A stretch of DNA of 32,000 bases from Mycobacterium leprae TN. GTDB lineage: Bacteria; Actinomycetota; Actinomycetes; Mycobacteriales; Mycobacteriaceae. Position numbers and translations under genes: made by a program. Position 1 is the first letter of the stretch. Every line of letters begins with the position of its first letter. The notes below the pieces were generated by a model. The model saw only the letters and a program-made list of their open reading frames with translations. It was not told the DNA's origin and ran no database searches. The stretch lies in assembly GCF_000195855.1 (NCBI RefSeq), contig NC_002677.1:3090001-3122000 (forward strand), read 5' to 3'. Shown here one piece after another: positions 31,503-32,000 of this stretch.

Positions 31503-32000
31503 GAAACCGGTGGCGGCTACTGGCATTCGACGTCGTGGCACCGCTAGTCGCGATCGCTGCGCTGGTGATGATAGGGGTGGTACTGGACTGGCCAAGGTGG
31601 TGGGTGTCGGCGTGCTCGGTGCTGGTGTTGCTGATTGTAGAAGGTGTCGGGGTCAATTTCTGGCTGCTGCGCCGTGATTCGGTTACCATTGGCACTGATG
31701 ATGACGCGCCCGGATTGCGTCTAGCAGTCGTCTCAGTGTGTACTGCTGCCCTGTGCGCGGCGGTGCTCATCGGATATATGCACTGGACTTCCCCGGACCG
31801 CGACTTTAGTCTGGATTCCAGAGAAGTAGTGCAGATCGCCACGGGGATGGCGGAGGCCATGGCGTCGTTTACCCCGAGTGCTCCGACCAGTTCCATTGAT
31901 AGAGCAGCAGCAATGATTATGCCTGACCAGGCGGGCGTGTTCAAGGAGCAATACCGAAAGTCCAGCGCCGATCTGGCCCGGCGCAACGTTACTGCTCAAG
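31499..32000 (+). CDS. omamB: Orphan Mce-associated membrane protein, Rv0200-like, running off the window
   Basis: Not in the ORF track. ATG 31499 overlaps the omamA stop by 4 bp. My translation MRNRWRLLAFDVVAPLVAIAALVMIGVVLDWPRWW...FTPSAPTSSIDRAAAMIMPDQAGVFKEQYRKSSADLARRNVTAQ is open to the window edge. Confidence 0.85.
   Translation, partial: MRNRWRLLAFDVVAPLVAIAALVMIGVVLDWPRWWVSACSVLVLLIVEGVGVNFWLLRRDSVTIGTDDDAPGLRLAVVSVCTAALCAAVLIGYMHWTSPDRDFSLDSREVVQIATGMAEAMASFTPSAPTSSIDRAAAMIMPDQAGVFKEQYRKSSADLARRNVTAQ

Noticed and set aside
31393-31986. 197-aa minus-strand ORF
   Set aside because: Antisense to the omamA end and the omamB-like gene, which has a clear TM and Mam-like sequence in the sense frame.

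Overview
The window matches the M. tuberculosis order Rv0166-Rv0200 with heavy pseudogene decay, which fits a leprosy-bacillus genome (M. leprae or M. lepromatosis). The species call is inference. It opens with a decayed fadD5 (+). An intact, tightly overlapping mce1 operon follows at about 766-13525: yrbE1A, yrbE1B, mce1A-D, lprK/mce1E, mce1F and four Mce-associated genes like Rv0175-Rv0178. Next come a decayed stretch where lprO is expected, an intact Rv0180c-like membrane protein (-), decayed pirin (Rv0181c) and sigG (-), an intact monoacylglycerol lipase (Rv0183), and an overlapping DUF2786/HExxH-metallohydrolase pair (Rv0184/Rv0185). Decayed bglS and an O-methyltransferase (Rv0187) are followed by an out-of-place internal fragment of pks13 (-). 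Beyond that lie intact ilvD (-) and the copper repressor ricR-like gene (+) with a TACCC-N5-GGGTA operator. Decayed MFS (Rv0191), L,D-transpeptidase (Rv0192) and molybdopterin oxidoreductase (Rv0197) remnants follow, then intact zmp1 (-), Rv0199-like (omamA) and a truncated-at-edge Rv0200-like gene (omamB). I saw no CRISPR, phage or convincing new defence system. The best leads are the displaced pks13 segment, a perfect 19-bp-arm hairpin at 20817-20857, an inverted repeat in the Rv0180c leader, the retained Rv0184/Rv0185 pair, the probable frame disruption at the mce1F/Rv0175 junction, and the RicR operator. Family and ortholog names come from recalled protein motifs and synteny, not from a database search.
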